A stretch of 33,690 nucleotides of DNA, taken from a virus. Lineage: Duplodnaviria; Caudoviricetes. Shown here piece by piece: positions 9,303 through 19,310 of this stretch. Both the position numbers and the translations under genes were made by a program. Within the stretch, counting starts at the first letter, position 1; each line of letters starts with the position of its first letter. A model generated the notes under the pieces. It ran no database searches. It had not been told where the DNA came from and saw only the letters and a list, made by a program, of their open reading frames with translations. Location of the stretch: positions 1-33,690 of the IMG/VR virus record IMGVR_UViG_3300030103_001366, one strand, 5' to 3'.

Positions 9303-11050
9303 TGAGTAATATAAGAATAGTAAATTTAAGTAGTTATGTAGCACCTAAAGTAACAGAGCAGCAAAATAAAAACTTTGTTTCTTATGGTGAAGATAATAAT
9401 TACTATCAATACCTAATCGACCAATATCAAGGCAGTCCAACTAACAATGCTATAATAAATGGTATAACTGAAATGATTTATGGTAAAGGACTAAACGCAA
9501 CTAACAGCGATAAAAGACCTGAGGAGTATGCAAAGATGGTTACTTTATTTAAAAAAGATGATGTAAAAAAAATAGCATCTGATTTTTATTTATTAGGACA
9601 AGCAGCTATGCAAGTAATCTATAATGTAGATAGATCACAAATTGTAAAAGTAGAACACTTTCCAATACAAACACTAAGAGCTGAAAAAGCAAATGATAAA
9701 GGAGAGATAAAAGGTTATTATTATTTCCACGATTGGTCAAAGTATAACAATAGATCAACCGCTACAAGAATAGCAGCATTTGGTACTACTCAAAATGAAG
9801 CAAACGAAATACTAGTTATAAAGCCATATAAGGCAGGATATTTTTATTATGCACCGCCTTGTTATATGGGAGCATTACCTTATTGTGAACTAGAGGGAGA
9901 GGTAGCTAATTATCATATAAACAACATACAACAAGGTATGGCACCAAGTATGCTAATTAATTTTAACAACGGAGTGCCTGACGATGAGCAGAGAGAACTT
10001 ATAGAAAGAAGGATATATGAAAAATACAGCGGTAGTTCTAATGCAGGTAAATTTATTTTAGCGTTTAACGATAATTCAGAAAGTGCTGCAACAATAGATG
10101 CAGTGCAATTATCTGACGCACATAATCAATATCAATTTTTATCAGACGAGGCAACTAAAAAAATTATGGTAGGTCATAGAGTTGTTTCTCCAATGCTGCT
10201 AGGTATAAAAGACAATACTGGTCTTGGTAATAATGCTGATGAATTAAAACAAGCAAGTATATTATTTGACAATATGGTAATTAGAGTACAACAAGAATAC
10301 CTAATTGATGCTTTTGAACAAATACTAGCTTATAATAATATTTCTCTAAACCTCTACTTTACTACACTACAACCTTTAGAGTTTACAGATCTTGGCAACA
10401 ATGTTGTTGATGAAGAAACTAGAGAGGAAGAAACAGGTGTAGATCTTAGTGCAGAAGTAGAACTCAGCGAAGATTTTACTAATGAATTATTGCAGATGGG
10501 AGAAGATGAGGACTTAGAGGAGTGGGAGTTAATTGAAGAGGCACCAGTTGATTATGAGAAAGACGAAGAGTTGAACAGTAAAATAGAGTTAGCATCAACA
10601 GGAAGTGCAAGACCAAATGCTAAAAGCGAACAAGATGGAGAAAACAAAGATGGTTTTCGCTATAAAGTTAGGTATCAGTATGCTCCCTTAAAAGAAACCA
10701 TTAGAGATGGTAAAAGTGTAACTCGTGATTTTTGTAGTAAAATGATTGCTGCAAAAAAAATATATAGAAAAGAAGATATTATGGCTATGAGTAGTAAGTC
10801 AGTAAATCCTGGTTGGGGACCAAGAGGTGCCAATACTTATGATGTGTGGCTTTACAAAGGTGGTGGTAATTGTCACCATTTTTGGATGAGAAAAGTATAT
10901 AGGTCAAAGACAGTAACACCTGACGCTAAAAACCCTAGATCAGAAATTAGTGTTAATAAGGCTAGAAGTGAAGGATTTAGACCTGAAACAAATGAAGCAG
11001 ACGTTGCAAAAAGACCAGTAGATATGCAAAATAATGGATTTTTAGAATAA
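9302..11050 (+). CDS. Portal protein with ~200-aa C-terminal extension
   Basis: YGEDNNYYQYL, SPTNNAII...IYGKGL, GSSNAGK, GHRVVSPMLLGI motifs; extension carries RDFC...YKGGGNCHHFW. Confidence 0.8.
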   Translation: MSNIRIVNLSSYVAPKVTEQQNKNFVSYGEDNNYYQYLIDQYQGSPTNNAIINGITEMIYGKGLNATNSDKRPEEYAKMVTLFKKDDVKKIASDFYLLGQAAMQVIYNVDRSQIVKVEHFPIQTLRAEKANDKGEIKGYYYFHDWSKYNNRSTATRIAAFGTTQNEANEILVIKPYKAGYFYYAPPCYMGALPYCELEGEVANYHINNIQQGMAPSMLINFNNGVPDDEQRELIERRIYEKYSGSSNAGKFILAFNDNSESAATIDAVQLSDAHNQYQFLSDEATKKIMVGHRVVSPMLLGIKDNTGLGNNADELKQASILFDNMVIRVQQEYLIDAFEQILAYNNISLNLYFTTLQPLEFTDLGNNVVDEETREEETGVDLSAEVELSEDFTNELLQMGEDEDLEEWELIEEAPVDYEKDEELNSKIELASTGSARPNAKSEQDGENKDGFRYKVRYQYAPLKETIRDGKSVTRDFCSKMIAAKKIYRKEDIMAMSSKSVNPGWGPRGANTYDVWLYKGGGNCHHFWMRKVYRSKTVTPDAKNPRSEISVNKARSEGFRPETNEADVAKRPVDMQNNGFLE

Positions 11051-11054
11051 GAAA

Positions 11055-11567
11055 ATGGCACAGGTATTATTTATAAAAGTAAGCACACTAAAAAAACACA
11101 CAATATTAGACGGTAATGTTGATGTAGATAAACTATTACCATATATTAAGATTGCACAAGAGATACATATACAAAATTTCTTAGGCACGAAATTATATGA
11201 TAAAATTATTACATTAATAAATGCAGGTACATTAACTGCATTAGCAAATCCTAACTATTTAAATCTAGTAAACAATTATATTCAACCTGCACTTATACAT
11301 TTTGCTATGATGGATTATTTACCTTTTGCAGCATACCAAGTAAAAAATGCAGGTGTATTTAAACACATAAGCGAAAACGCAGAAAGTGTAACTAAAAACG
11401 AGGTAGATTATTTAGTAAACAAAGAGAGAGAATTTGCAGAGTATTATATAAGAAGAATGATAGATCATTTAAATTTTAACTCTACTAATTTTCCAGAGTA
11501 CAATCAGAATGTAAATGATGATGTGTACCCAGACAAAGACAGTTTATTTAACGGTTGGGTATTATGA
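11055..11567 (+). CDS. Putative head-tail adaptor
   Basis: 170 aa helical protein after portal (IKIAQEIHIQNFLGTKLY). Confidence 0.55.
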   Translation: MAQVLFIKVSTLKKHTILDGNVDVDKLLPYIKIAQEIHIQNFLGTKLYDKIITLINAGTLTALANPNYLNLVNNYIQPALIHFAMMDYLPFAAYQVKNAGVFKHISENAESVTKNEVDYLVNKEREFAEYYIRRMIDHLNFNSTNFPEYNQNVNDDVYPDKDSLFNGWVL

Positions 11568-11665
11568 GAAAAAGATATAAAGTAAAAGAAAGTAACATAA
11601 CAAAATTAAAAAAGTATATAAAAAAATTAAAAAATGGCAACACTAACAGGCAATTCAATAAGTAG
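11564..11665 (+). CDS. 33-aa Lys-rich peptide (absent from ORF track)
   Basis: MRKRYKVKESNITKLKKYIKKLKNGNTNRQFNK*; ATGA overlap with the upstream stop; overlaps tail fibre start. Confidence 0.5.
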   Translation: MRKRYKVKESNITKLKKYIKKLKNGNTNRQFNK

Positions 11666-14390
11666 TACTTATCCCAGTCTTTTAAAAGTTGGCGATAACG
11701 GAGAGCTTAGTGCATCTTTACAAAGCATAAGTGATGGTGCAGGAAATACTACAGGTATTTCATTAAATACAGGAGGTGATTTAACTGCGACTGGTACGGT
11801 TACTGCAAATGCTTTTAGTGGACCATTGACAGGCAATGTTACTGGTACTGCAAGTTTAGCATCAAATTTAACAGGTACACCAAATATTTCAGTCGGAACT
11901 ATTTCTGCCTCAGGGACTATAACAGGTAATGTAACAGGAAACATCACTGGTAATGTTACAGGTAACGTTACTGGTAATGTTAGCGGTAGTTCAGGATCAA
12001 CAACAGGAAATGCGGCTACGGCAACAGCATTACAAACGGCAAGGACAATATCTGGTGTATCGTTTGATGGTACTGCAAATATTACTTTAGACACAGACGA
12101 TATTACAGAAGCTACAAATAAGTATTATACAGCTGAAAGAGTTGATGACCAAGTAAATACTTTATTACAAGCAGGTACAGGGATAACAAAAACATATGAC
12201 GATGCAGGGGGGACACTTACAATCACAAATAATGCACCTGATCAAACAGTAGCATTAACAGGGGGTACTGGAATTTCTACATCAGGAACTTATCCTAATT
12301 TTACAATTACAAATAGTAATCCTGACCAGACAGTAGCACTTACTGGAGGAACAGGTATTACAACAACTGGAACATATCCAAACTTTACTATTACTAACTC
12401 CGCACCTGACCAAACTGTAAGTCTTAGTGCAGGAAGTAACGTAACTATTACAGGAACTTATCCAAACTTTACGATAGCTGCAAGTGCAGCTGCAGGTATT
12501 GCATTAACAGATTTATCTGCTACAGATGCAGGAGGTTTAGGTTCTTTTGCATATAACAACAGCACAGGTGTATTTACTTATACAGGTCCTTCAAACTCAG
12601 ATGTTACAAATTTAGTAACAAAATCTTTGGTTGATGGTTTAGGTATAGCGGCTAGTACAGCAGCTACTCTAGCTACACCAAGAACTATTAATGGTACAGC
12701 TTTTGACGGATCGGCAAACATAAGTTTTGATACAGATTCTGTAAGCGAGGGGAGTTCAAATCTTTATTATACTAATGCACGTTTTGACACAAGGCTAGGT
12801 ACTAAGACAACAGATAATTTAACAGAAGGTTCTAGTAATAAATATTTTTCAAACGAACTTGTAGATGACCGTGTATCTAATTTAATAGTTGCAGGTACCT
12901 CAATATCAGCTACTTATGACGATGCAGGTAATAGTTTAACCATAGCCAATACAGCACCAGACCAAACGGTTGCTTTAACTGGCGGCACAGGTATAACTAC
13001 GTCAGGTACATATCCTAACTTTACAATAACAAACTCTGCACCAGATCAGACAGTAGCTTTGAGTGCAGGTTCAAATATAACGGTAAGTGGTACATACCCT
13101 AATTTTACTATTGCTGCTACAGACACACAAACAGATTCATTTAAAACAATATCAGTAAGTGGTCAGAGTGATGTTGTTGCAGATAGTTCAACTGATACCT
13201 TAACTCTTGCAGCAGGATCAAACGTAACAATAACAACAACTGCAGGAACTGACACAGTTACATTTGCAGCTACGGACACTAACACTACTTATTCTGCAGG
13301 TACTGGTTTAGCTTTAGGGGGTACAACATTTAGTTTAGATGCAGGACTAAACAATTTAACAGATGTAAACATTTCATCTCCTGCAGCAGGGCACATACTA
13401 ATATATGACAACAGTAATAGTTATTTTGAAAACGCAACACTTACAGCAGGTAGTAATGTAAGTATTACAAATGCAGATGGAGCAATAACGATTGCAGCAA
13501 CAAATACAAACACAGACAGTTTTAAAACTATCTCTGTATCAGGACAAAGCGACTTAGTAGCAGATAGTGCTACAGATACGCTTACAATAGCTGCAGGTTC
13601 TAATGTAACACTTACCACAAATGCAGGTACGGATACTTTAACAATAGCAGCAACCGATACAAATACAACATATACAGCAGGAACAGGACTTACTCTTGCA
13701 GGTACAGAGTTCTCTCTAACTAATAGTAATGTTACTATTGGGGGTACAAGTGTATCTCTTGGGGGCACACTTTCTGCAACATCAGGGGCACTAACTATTG
13801 GAGGTAATGGATCAAGTGGAGGTGTAACAATCAATGACGGTTCTATACAAATGAGAACAGGAACAGGTAGTGTAGCAGAAATAAGAATGTATTGTGAAAG
13901 TGGTAACGCACACTATCAAACATTGAAAGCAGCACCACATAGTGCAGCAAGTTCAGCATCATTAGTTTTACCTACAGCATCAGGAAACTTAGTTGGTACT
14001 GGTGATACTGGTAGTGTAGCTACTGGAATGTTAGCCGATGATTCTGTTACAAGTGATAAACTAGGTGCAGAATATACAAGTGCACAAGCTGTATCAAGTG
14101 CTGCAACAATAACTTTAGATACAGACGCATACGATGTCTTTACTTGGACTGTAGGTCACACTGCAAATATTGACTTTACAAATGTTGTAATTGGTAAAGT
14201 AAAAACATTAGTAGTAACAGGTGGTGGTAGTTCATATGCCTTAACACTAAGAAACATAAATGGATCAACTGGTACGTTTAATAAAATATCAGGAACTTAT
14301 GATGACACAAGTTCTACAAAGAATATAATACAAATTAAATTTATATCAACCTCTGAGGCTTGGTACACAATATCTAAAATAGGAAGTTAA
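11634..14390 (+). CDS. Tail fibre protein with modular repeats
   Basis: 918 aa, G/T/S/A-rich; GNVT repeats; two AT.L.T.RTI.G..FDG.ANI motifs; TD...EG..N.Y motifs; five PDQTV...GTYPNFTI repeats. Confidence 0.85.
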   Translation: MATLTGNSISSTYPSLLKVGDNGELSASLQSISDGAGNTTGISLNTGGDLTATGTVTANAFSGPLTGNVTGTASLASNLTGTPNISVGTISASGTITGNVTGNITGNVTGNVTGNVSGSSGSTTGNAATATALQTARTISGVSFDGTANITLDTDDITEATNKYYTAERVDDQVNTLLQAGTGITKTYDDAGGTLTITNNAPDQTVALTGGTGISTSGTYPNFTITNSNPDQTVALTGGTGITTTGTYPNFTITNSAPDQTVSLSAGSNVTITGTYPNFTIAASAAAGIALTDLSATDAGGLGSFAYNNSTGVFTYTGPSNSDVTNLVTKSLVDGLGIAASTAATLATPRTINGTAFDGSANISFDTDSVSEGSSNLYYTNARFDTRLGTKTTDNLTEGSSNKYFSNELVDDRVSNLIVAGTSISATYDDAGNSLTIANTAPDQTVALTGGTGITTSGTYPNFTITNSAPDQTVALSAGSNITVSGTYPNFTIAATDTQTDSFKTISVSGQSDVVADSSTDTLTLAAGSNVTITTTAGTDTVTFAATDTNTTYSAGTGLALGGTTFSLDAGLNNLTDVNISSPAAGHILIYDNSNSYFENATLTAGSNVSITNADGAITIAATNTNTDSFKTISVSGQSDLVADSATDTLTIAAGSNVTLTTNAGTDTLTIAATDTNTTYTAGTGLTLAGTEFSLTNSNVTIGGTSVSLGGTLSATSGALTIGGNGSSGGVTINDGSIQMRTGTGSVAEIRMYCESGNAHYQTLKAAPHSAASSASLVLPTASGNLVGTGDTGSVATGMLADDSVTSDKLGAEYTSAQAVSSAATITLDTDAYDVFTWTVGHTANIDFTNVVIGKVKTLVVTGGGSSYALTLRNINGSTGTFNKISGTYDDTSSTKNIIQIKFISTSEAWYTISKIGS
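12234..13115 (+). repeat. Five 28-aa (84-nt) coding repeats in two clusters
   Basis: Units begin at about 12234, 12318, 12402, 12954 and 13038. Confidence 0.9.
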
Positions 14391-14391
14391 A

Positions 14392-14619
14392 ATGTGGGCA
14401 AACAATATAGATGGCGAAATAAAAGTATTTAAATATTTACCAAGCAGTTGGGAGGGAGAAAATGTATATTTTAAAGGGTTTGCAAGTTCACCTGTAGACG
14501 TAAGAGAACAAGAAGGTTTTTTTGAAATAGTAGATCCACAGTATGATCCTGAAACGGAAGAGCTAGGAGAATTATATTTAGAAGATAACAAATATCATTA
14601 TATTGTAAAACAGAAATAA
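14392..14619 (+). CDS. Short paralogue of the next gene's N-terminal domain
   Basis: 75 aa; aligns by eye with the 14622 ORF (EGFFEIVDPQYD...LGELY vs KGLFDLIIPNDYD...LGEIY). Confidence 0.65.
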   Translation: MWANNIDGEIKVFKYLPSSWEGENVYFKGFASSPVDVREQEGFFEIVDPQYDPETEELGELYLEDNKYHYIVKQK

Positions 14620-14621
14620 AA

Positions 14622-15104
14622 ATGAAAGCAATTAATAATCAAGGCATAATAACAATACATCAATCTGTGCCACATACTTTACAAACACCAACAGGTACAA
14701 TAATGAATGCACCTGCTTTATCAGATCAAGAACTAAAAGAAAAAGGTTTATTTGATTTAATTATACCAAATGACTATGACAATAGGATACATAATTTAGG
14801 TGAGATATATTTTGACAGTGCAGCACAATGTTTTAGAAAAGATACTAAAAACAAAACTTGGACTAAAACTCTTGCAGAGTTGAAAGAACAAGCAATAAAC
14901 AACTTTAAACATAGAATAAACTATAAACTGCAAACTACAGATTGGTATATAATTAGAAATATTGACAATGGTGAAGATATACCAGGAGAGATACAAGAGG
15001 CAAGACAAGAGTTAAGAAACACATCAGATACAGTAGAACAAGAAATCAATGCACTTACTAGCAAAGCAAAAGTAGTAACGTATGATTATCCTAATATTGA
15101 CTAA
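14622..15104 (+). CDS. Putative tail fibre assembly chaperone
   Basis: C-terminal LQTTDWY...ARQELR motif; lies between two fibre genes. Confidence 0.6.
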   Translation: MKAINNQGIITIHQSVPHTLQTPTGTIMNAPALSDQELKEKGLFDLIIPNDYDNRIHNLGEIYFDSAAQCFRKDTKNKTWTKTLAELKEQAINNFKHRINYKLQTTDWYIIRNIDNGEDIPGEIQEARQELRNTSDTVEQEINALTSKAKVVTYDYPNID

Positions 15105-18100
15105 TGAGTTTAAACGATAAATTATTAAAAGCAGAAGCAGCAGCAGGTGGAATAACTCCATCAGAACACTTTGGAGTAATGTTATACGAGGGTGATGGTT
15201 CTTCTTCTCATTCTATTAACGGAGGTAAGTTTGGTGCAGCTGCTTATTTTAATGGGGAAAATTCAAATACATCAGGCATAGTTTTAACTGATTTAAATGA
15301 TTTATTAGCAGGTAAAAGTTTTTCAATTAGTTTATGGGTTAATTGTTCAAGTACACAAACAGGTGATAATGGCGAAGCAACAATAATTGGTTCTGCAGGT
15401 TCAAGTGGTGTTAATGGATTTGATATAGCGTTAAAACCAACTTCAGGATATTTATTTTTTAATTTTGGTAATCCGAATAACGATACTGTATCAACAACTG
15501 ATTTAAGAGATGGTAATTGGCATCATATAGTTTTTACATACACAAGTTCACAAGCATTATTATATTTAGATGGTAGTTTGTTATTAACTGAAAATTCTCC
15601 TAATTCTTTATCAAGCATACCAAATGAAATAACTTTAGGAAAATGGTCAACAGGTAGTTATTATGCTTTAACAGGTAAAATAGACCAAGTAAGAATATTT
15701 ACAAGTGTTTTATCATCATCACAAGTTTCAACACTATATGCAGAAACAGCAGCAACAGTAGAATCATTAGACCCATTATCAGAAGATACAACAGATACAC
15801 TACAAGTACTTGGAGATAGTTCTTGTTTAGCGTTATATAAGTTTGAAAATAATGAAACAGATGAAAGTGGGAACTATAATGCAACTGGTACAGCGATACA
15901 ATATGCAGCAGGAAGATATGGGCAAGGTGTTAATGTAAACAATGATGGCGTTGTTACAATACCTACTAATATTACAAATATAAATGACCATAGTTTATCT
16001 GTTTGGTTTATAACAAGTTCAACAGGTGGTACACAAACTATATTTGAGTTCGATACAGGAAACAGGATAATATTTAGAGCTACATCAACTGATTCTAATA
16101 AAGCTAATTTTGGTGGGGGAGGTTGGTTTGACCACGGTATATCTTTTAGTGCTGATATTTGGTATCATTTAGTTATTACTTTTAAAAGTGGAAGCCCTGC
16201 AAAAATATATGTAAATGGAAGTTTAGAACATACTACAGGAAATATTACTAAATCAGCAGCAGGTAGTGCTAATTATTTAGGTGCAAACAATGCTTCAGGA
16301 GGAAATAATTTATTAGGAACATTAGACCAATTTAGAGTATTTAATAAAGAATTATCAGCAAGTGAAGTAACTACATTGTACGAGGAAAACTCACTTGTAG
16401 CTTCTTATAGATTTGAGGGTAATAGTAATGATGATACAAGAAATCACAATGGTACAGATACAAGTGTTACGTATGAGTATGGGCTTGGATTTCAACCTGA
16501 TTTAGTTTGGATAAAAGAGAGAGGACCGTTAGCTGAAAATCATAACTTAACTGATAGCACAAGAGGAACAAATAAAATTTTAAATTCAAATAATACTAAT
16601 GCTGAAATAACAAGTACATCAAGAATTACATCTTTTGATAGTGGTGGGTTTACTTTAGGCAATAACAATGAAACAAATGATTCTGGTTCTACTTATGTCG
16701 CCTGGTCCTTTAAAGCAAACGGAGGAACTACAAGCAGCAATACAGATGGAAGTATTACAACTACAGTACAAACAAACACACAAGCAGGATTTTCAATAAT
16801 AACATACACAGGGAATGGTACGGTAGGTGCTACGATTGGGCATAATTTAGGCTATGTTCCTAATTGGTTTGCAGTTAAAAAAAGAAGTTCAGGTGCTACA
16901 AATTGGAGAGTATATCATACATATACAGATGCTACAAACCCACAAAATTATAATGTAGAGTTTAATGGTAATGGTGCGAAAGATGACAGAACTGAATGGA
17001 ACGACACAATGCCAACATCTTCGGTAATTAGCCTTAATGACCACGATTCTGTAAATGCAAGTGGTTCTGATTATGTTTGTTATGCTTGGACAGATATTAA
17101 TGGCTTTTCAAAGTTTGGCGGATATACAGGTACAGGTGCAGCAGGTAACTTAATAGAAACAGGATTTGAACCTGCGTTTATAATGTTTAAAAGAACTGAT
17201 AGCACAGGAGGTTGGTTAATGTTTGATAACAAAAGAAATTTAACTAATCCAAGAAATTCAAGATTAGAAGCAAACAATGATGGTGCTGAACAAGCAGGAA
17301 GTTCAAGTAAATTTGTTGATTTTTATTCTAATGGATTTGAACCACAAGTTTCAGATAGCGAAATAAACGCTTCAGGAGGTACATATATCTATATGGCATT
17401 TGCTGCTGATCCTGACACAGAAGCACCAACACTTGCAAGTAGTTTTAGCACAGTAGCTTATACAGGTAATGGTAGTTCAAATAGAACTATTGAGGGGTTA
17501 GGATTTAGCCCATCATTACTATGGTTAAAATCAAGAACAACATCAGAGCAACATTATATATTTGATAGTATAAGGGGTCATTCTAAATATTTACATCCAA
17601 ATTTAAGTAATGCACAAGGAACAGACGCAACTACAAGATTAAAAGAATTTTTAGATGATGGATTCAAACTTGGTAATGAATTATCTGTAAATCAAAATAA
17701 TGAAGATTTTATTGCTTGGGCTTGGAAAGCTGATGATAACGAACCGACAATCTTTGGAGGACCTGCAAGAGCAGTATATAAATTTGAGGATAATGCCAAT
17801 GATGTGACTGGTAATTATAATGGGACTGCTACTAATGTGTCGTATGTTACAGGTAAATTTAACAAAGCAGCTGATTTTAATGGTTCTGACTCTGCGTTTA
17901 CTTATAGCACAAGTGTAATTAATGTAGCATCTGACCATTCAATATCATTTTGGTTAAATATAGATACTATTGCTACTCAAATGATTATTTGGAATCACGA
18001 TAGTAATATTAGAATGACAAGTGGTGGAAACATTTTATATAGAAGAAATACATCAGGTGTTGCATACGATATTACATCATCAACTACTTTATCAACAGGT

Positions 18101-19000
18101 AGTTGGTATCATATAGTTGCTACATTTAATACATCAAGTGGGATGGCTTTATATATTGATAATGTTGCACAAGGAACTAATTCATACACAGGGGGTGTTG
18201 ATAGTAAAAGTGGAGATTTTGGTTTAATGTATAGGGTTGATAGTAATAATGAACGAGCTGATGGAAAAATAGACCAAGTAAGATTTTATAATGGTACATT
18301 AAAAGCAGAACAAGTAGATGAATTATACAATGAAACCGCATCTGACAATGATGATTTAACTTTAGGTGCTCCACCTGAAGCTATAATTAGTGCAAATGCT
18401 AATGCAGGATTTAGTATAGTTAAATATGAAGGAACAGGTGTTGCAGGAACAAAAGTACTTCACGGATTATCGTCTGCACCTGAAATGGTAATTGCAAAAA
18501 GGCTTAATTCAGCACAAAATTGGGTAGTATTTCATACAAGTATTGGTGCAACAAAATATTTAGAATTAAACGACTCAAGAGCTGAGGATACCGCTTCAAC
18601 TGTTTGGAATAATACCGCTCCATCCGCAACGGCTGTAACTTTCGGCACAAGCTCTTTAGGTAACGGAAGTGGGGATGATTACATTATGTACTGTTTTCAT
18701 TCAGTAAGTGGATATAGTAAGATTGGAACATATACAGGAAGTGGAACCAGTAGTACACAATCTATAAATACAGGTTTTCAACCAGATTGGATTTTGATAA
18801 AAGATTATATTGGAGGTGGTTCTTGGTGGATTCAAGATTCTGTAAGAGGTGATGATAAATGGTTAAAAGCAAATAACAGTAATGCTGAAACGTCTGTAAG
18901 TTATGTAGATTTTACTTCAACAGGATTTGATGTTACAGGCGGATTAAATGATAGCTCTGTAGGTAGTAAATTTTTATATATGGCATTTAAAATAAATTAA
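15104..19000 (+). CDS. Receptor-binding/virion protein with three LamG (concanavalin A-like) domains and GF(Q/E/S)P-type repeat domains
   Basis: SISLW...WHHIVFT...GKIDQVRIF-type motif three times; YTGNG/GFQPDLVWIK/AGFSI repeats. Confidence 0.85.
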   Translation: MSLNDKLLKAEAAAGGITPSEHFGVMLYEGDGSSSHSINGGKFGAAAYFNGENSNTSGIVLTDLNDLLAGKSFSISLWVNCSSTQTGDNGEATIIGSAGSSGVNGFDIALKPTSGYLFFNFGNPNNDTVSTTDLRDGNWHHIVFTYTSSQALLYLDGSLLLTENSPNSLSSIPNEITLGKWSTGSYYALTGKIDQVRIFTSVLSSSQVSTLYAETAATVESLDPLSEDTTDTLQVLGDSSCLALYKFENNETDESGNYNATGTAIQYAAGRYGQGVNVNNDGVVTIPTNITNINDHSLSVWFITSSTGGTQTIFEFDTGNRIIFRATSTDSNKANFGGGGWFDHGISFSADIWYHLVITFKSGSPAKIYVNGSLEHTTGNITKSAAGSANYLGANNASGGNNLLGTLDQFRVFNKELSASEVTTLYEENSLVASYRFEGNSNDDTRNHNGTDTSVTYEYGLGFQPDLVWIKERGPLAENHNLTDSTRGTNKILNSNNTNAEITSTSRITSFDSGGFTLGNNNETNDSGSTYVAWSFKANGGTTSSNTDGSITTTVQTNTQAGFSIITYTGNGTVGATIGHNLGYVPNWFAVKKRSSGATNWRVYHTYTDATNPQNYNVEFNGNGAKDDRTEWNDTMPTSSVISLNDHDSVNASGSDYVCYAWTDINGFSKFGGYTGTGAAGNLIETGFEPAFIMFKRTDSTGGWLMFDNKRNLTNPRNSRLEANNDGAEQAGSSSKFVDFYSNGFEPQVSDSEINASGGTYIYMAFAADPDTEAPTLASSFSTVAYTGNGSSNRTIEGLGFSPSLLWLKSRTTSEQHYIFDSIRGHSKYLHPNLSNAQGTDATTRLKEFLDDGFKLGNELSVNQNNEDFIAWAWKADDNEPTIFGGPARAVYKFEDNANDVTGNYNGTATNVSYVTGKFNKAADFNGSDSAFTYSTSVINVASDHSISFWLNIDTIATQMIIWNHDSNIRMTSGGNILYRRNTSGVAYDITSSTTLSTGSWYHIVATFNTSSGMALYIDNVAQGTNSYTGGVDSKSGDFGLMYRVDSNNERADGKIDQVRFYNGTLKAEQVDELYNETASDNDDLTLGAPPEAIISANANAGFSIVKYEGTGVAGTKVLHGLSSAPEMVIAKRLNSAQNWVVFHTSIGATKYLELNDSRAEDTASTVWNNTAPSATAVTFGTSSLGNGSGDDYIMYCFHSVSGYSKIGTYTGSGTSSTQSINTGFQPDWILIKDYIGGGSWWIQDSVRGDDKWLKANNSNAETSVSYVDFTSTGFDVTGGLNDSSVGSKFLYMAFKIN

Positions 19001-19013
19001 AAAATAAAAGATA

Positions 19014-19310
19014 ATGAGTGAAATAGATATAGAAGAAATAAAGAAAAAAAAATTTAATATAAGTGTAGAAAACTTAATTACTATTGGTGCAGTCGTTGTA
19101 ACGGTTGTAGGTATGTGGTATAGTTTACAAGCTGATATAGAACTGGCTAAACAGTTGCCAGAACCAGAAGTATCGAGAACAGAATTTTCTATGAAGGACG
19201 AATTAATACGAGAAAAAGTAATAAACATAGAAGAGAAAGTAAATGCTAATGGTGATAAACTACAAGATATAGACGAGAAGCTATATGAAATGATAAAAGA
19301 TAAAAGATGA
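19014..19310 (+). CDS. Single-TM coiled-coil protein (lysis cassette)
   Basis: TM segment LITIGAVVVTVVGMWY followed by a coiled-coil. Confidence 0.65.
   Translation: MSEIDIEEIKKKKFNISVENLITIGAVVVTVVGMWYSLQADIELAKQLPEPEVSRTEFSMKDELIREKVINIEEKVNANGDKLQDIDEKLYEMIKDKR

Noticed and set aside
11915-11985. 12-nt periodic GGTAATGTTACA-like repeats as a CRISPR or regulatory array
   Set aside because: They encode GNVT fibre repeats; there are no spacers
9227-12780. TATTATAY copies inside coding regions (e.g. ~9227, ~11442, ~12123, ~12765)
   Set aside because: They arise from Tyr-Tyr codons and lack an ATG at +12; not counted as promoters
15104-19000. Diversity-generating retroelement target in the lectin-like protein
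   Set aside because: No reverse transcriptase and no template/variable repeat pair differing at adenines was seen
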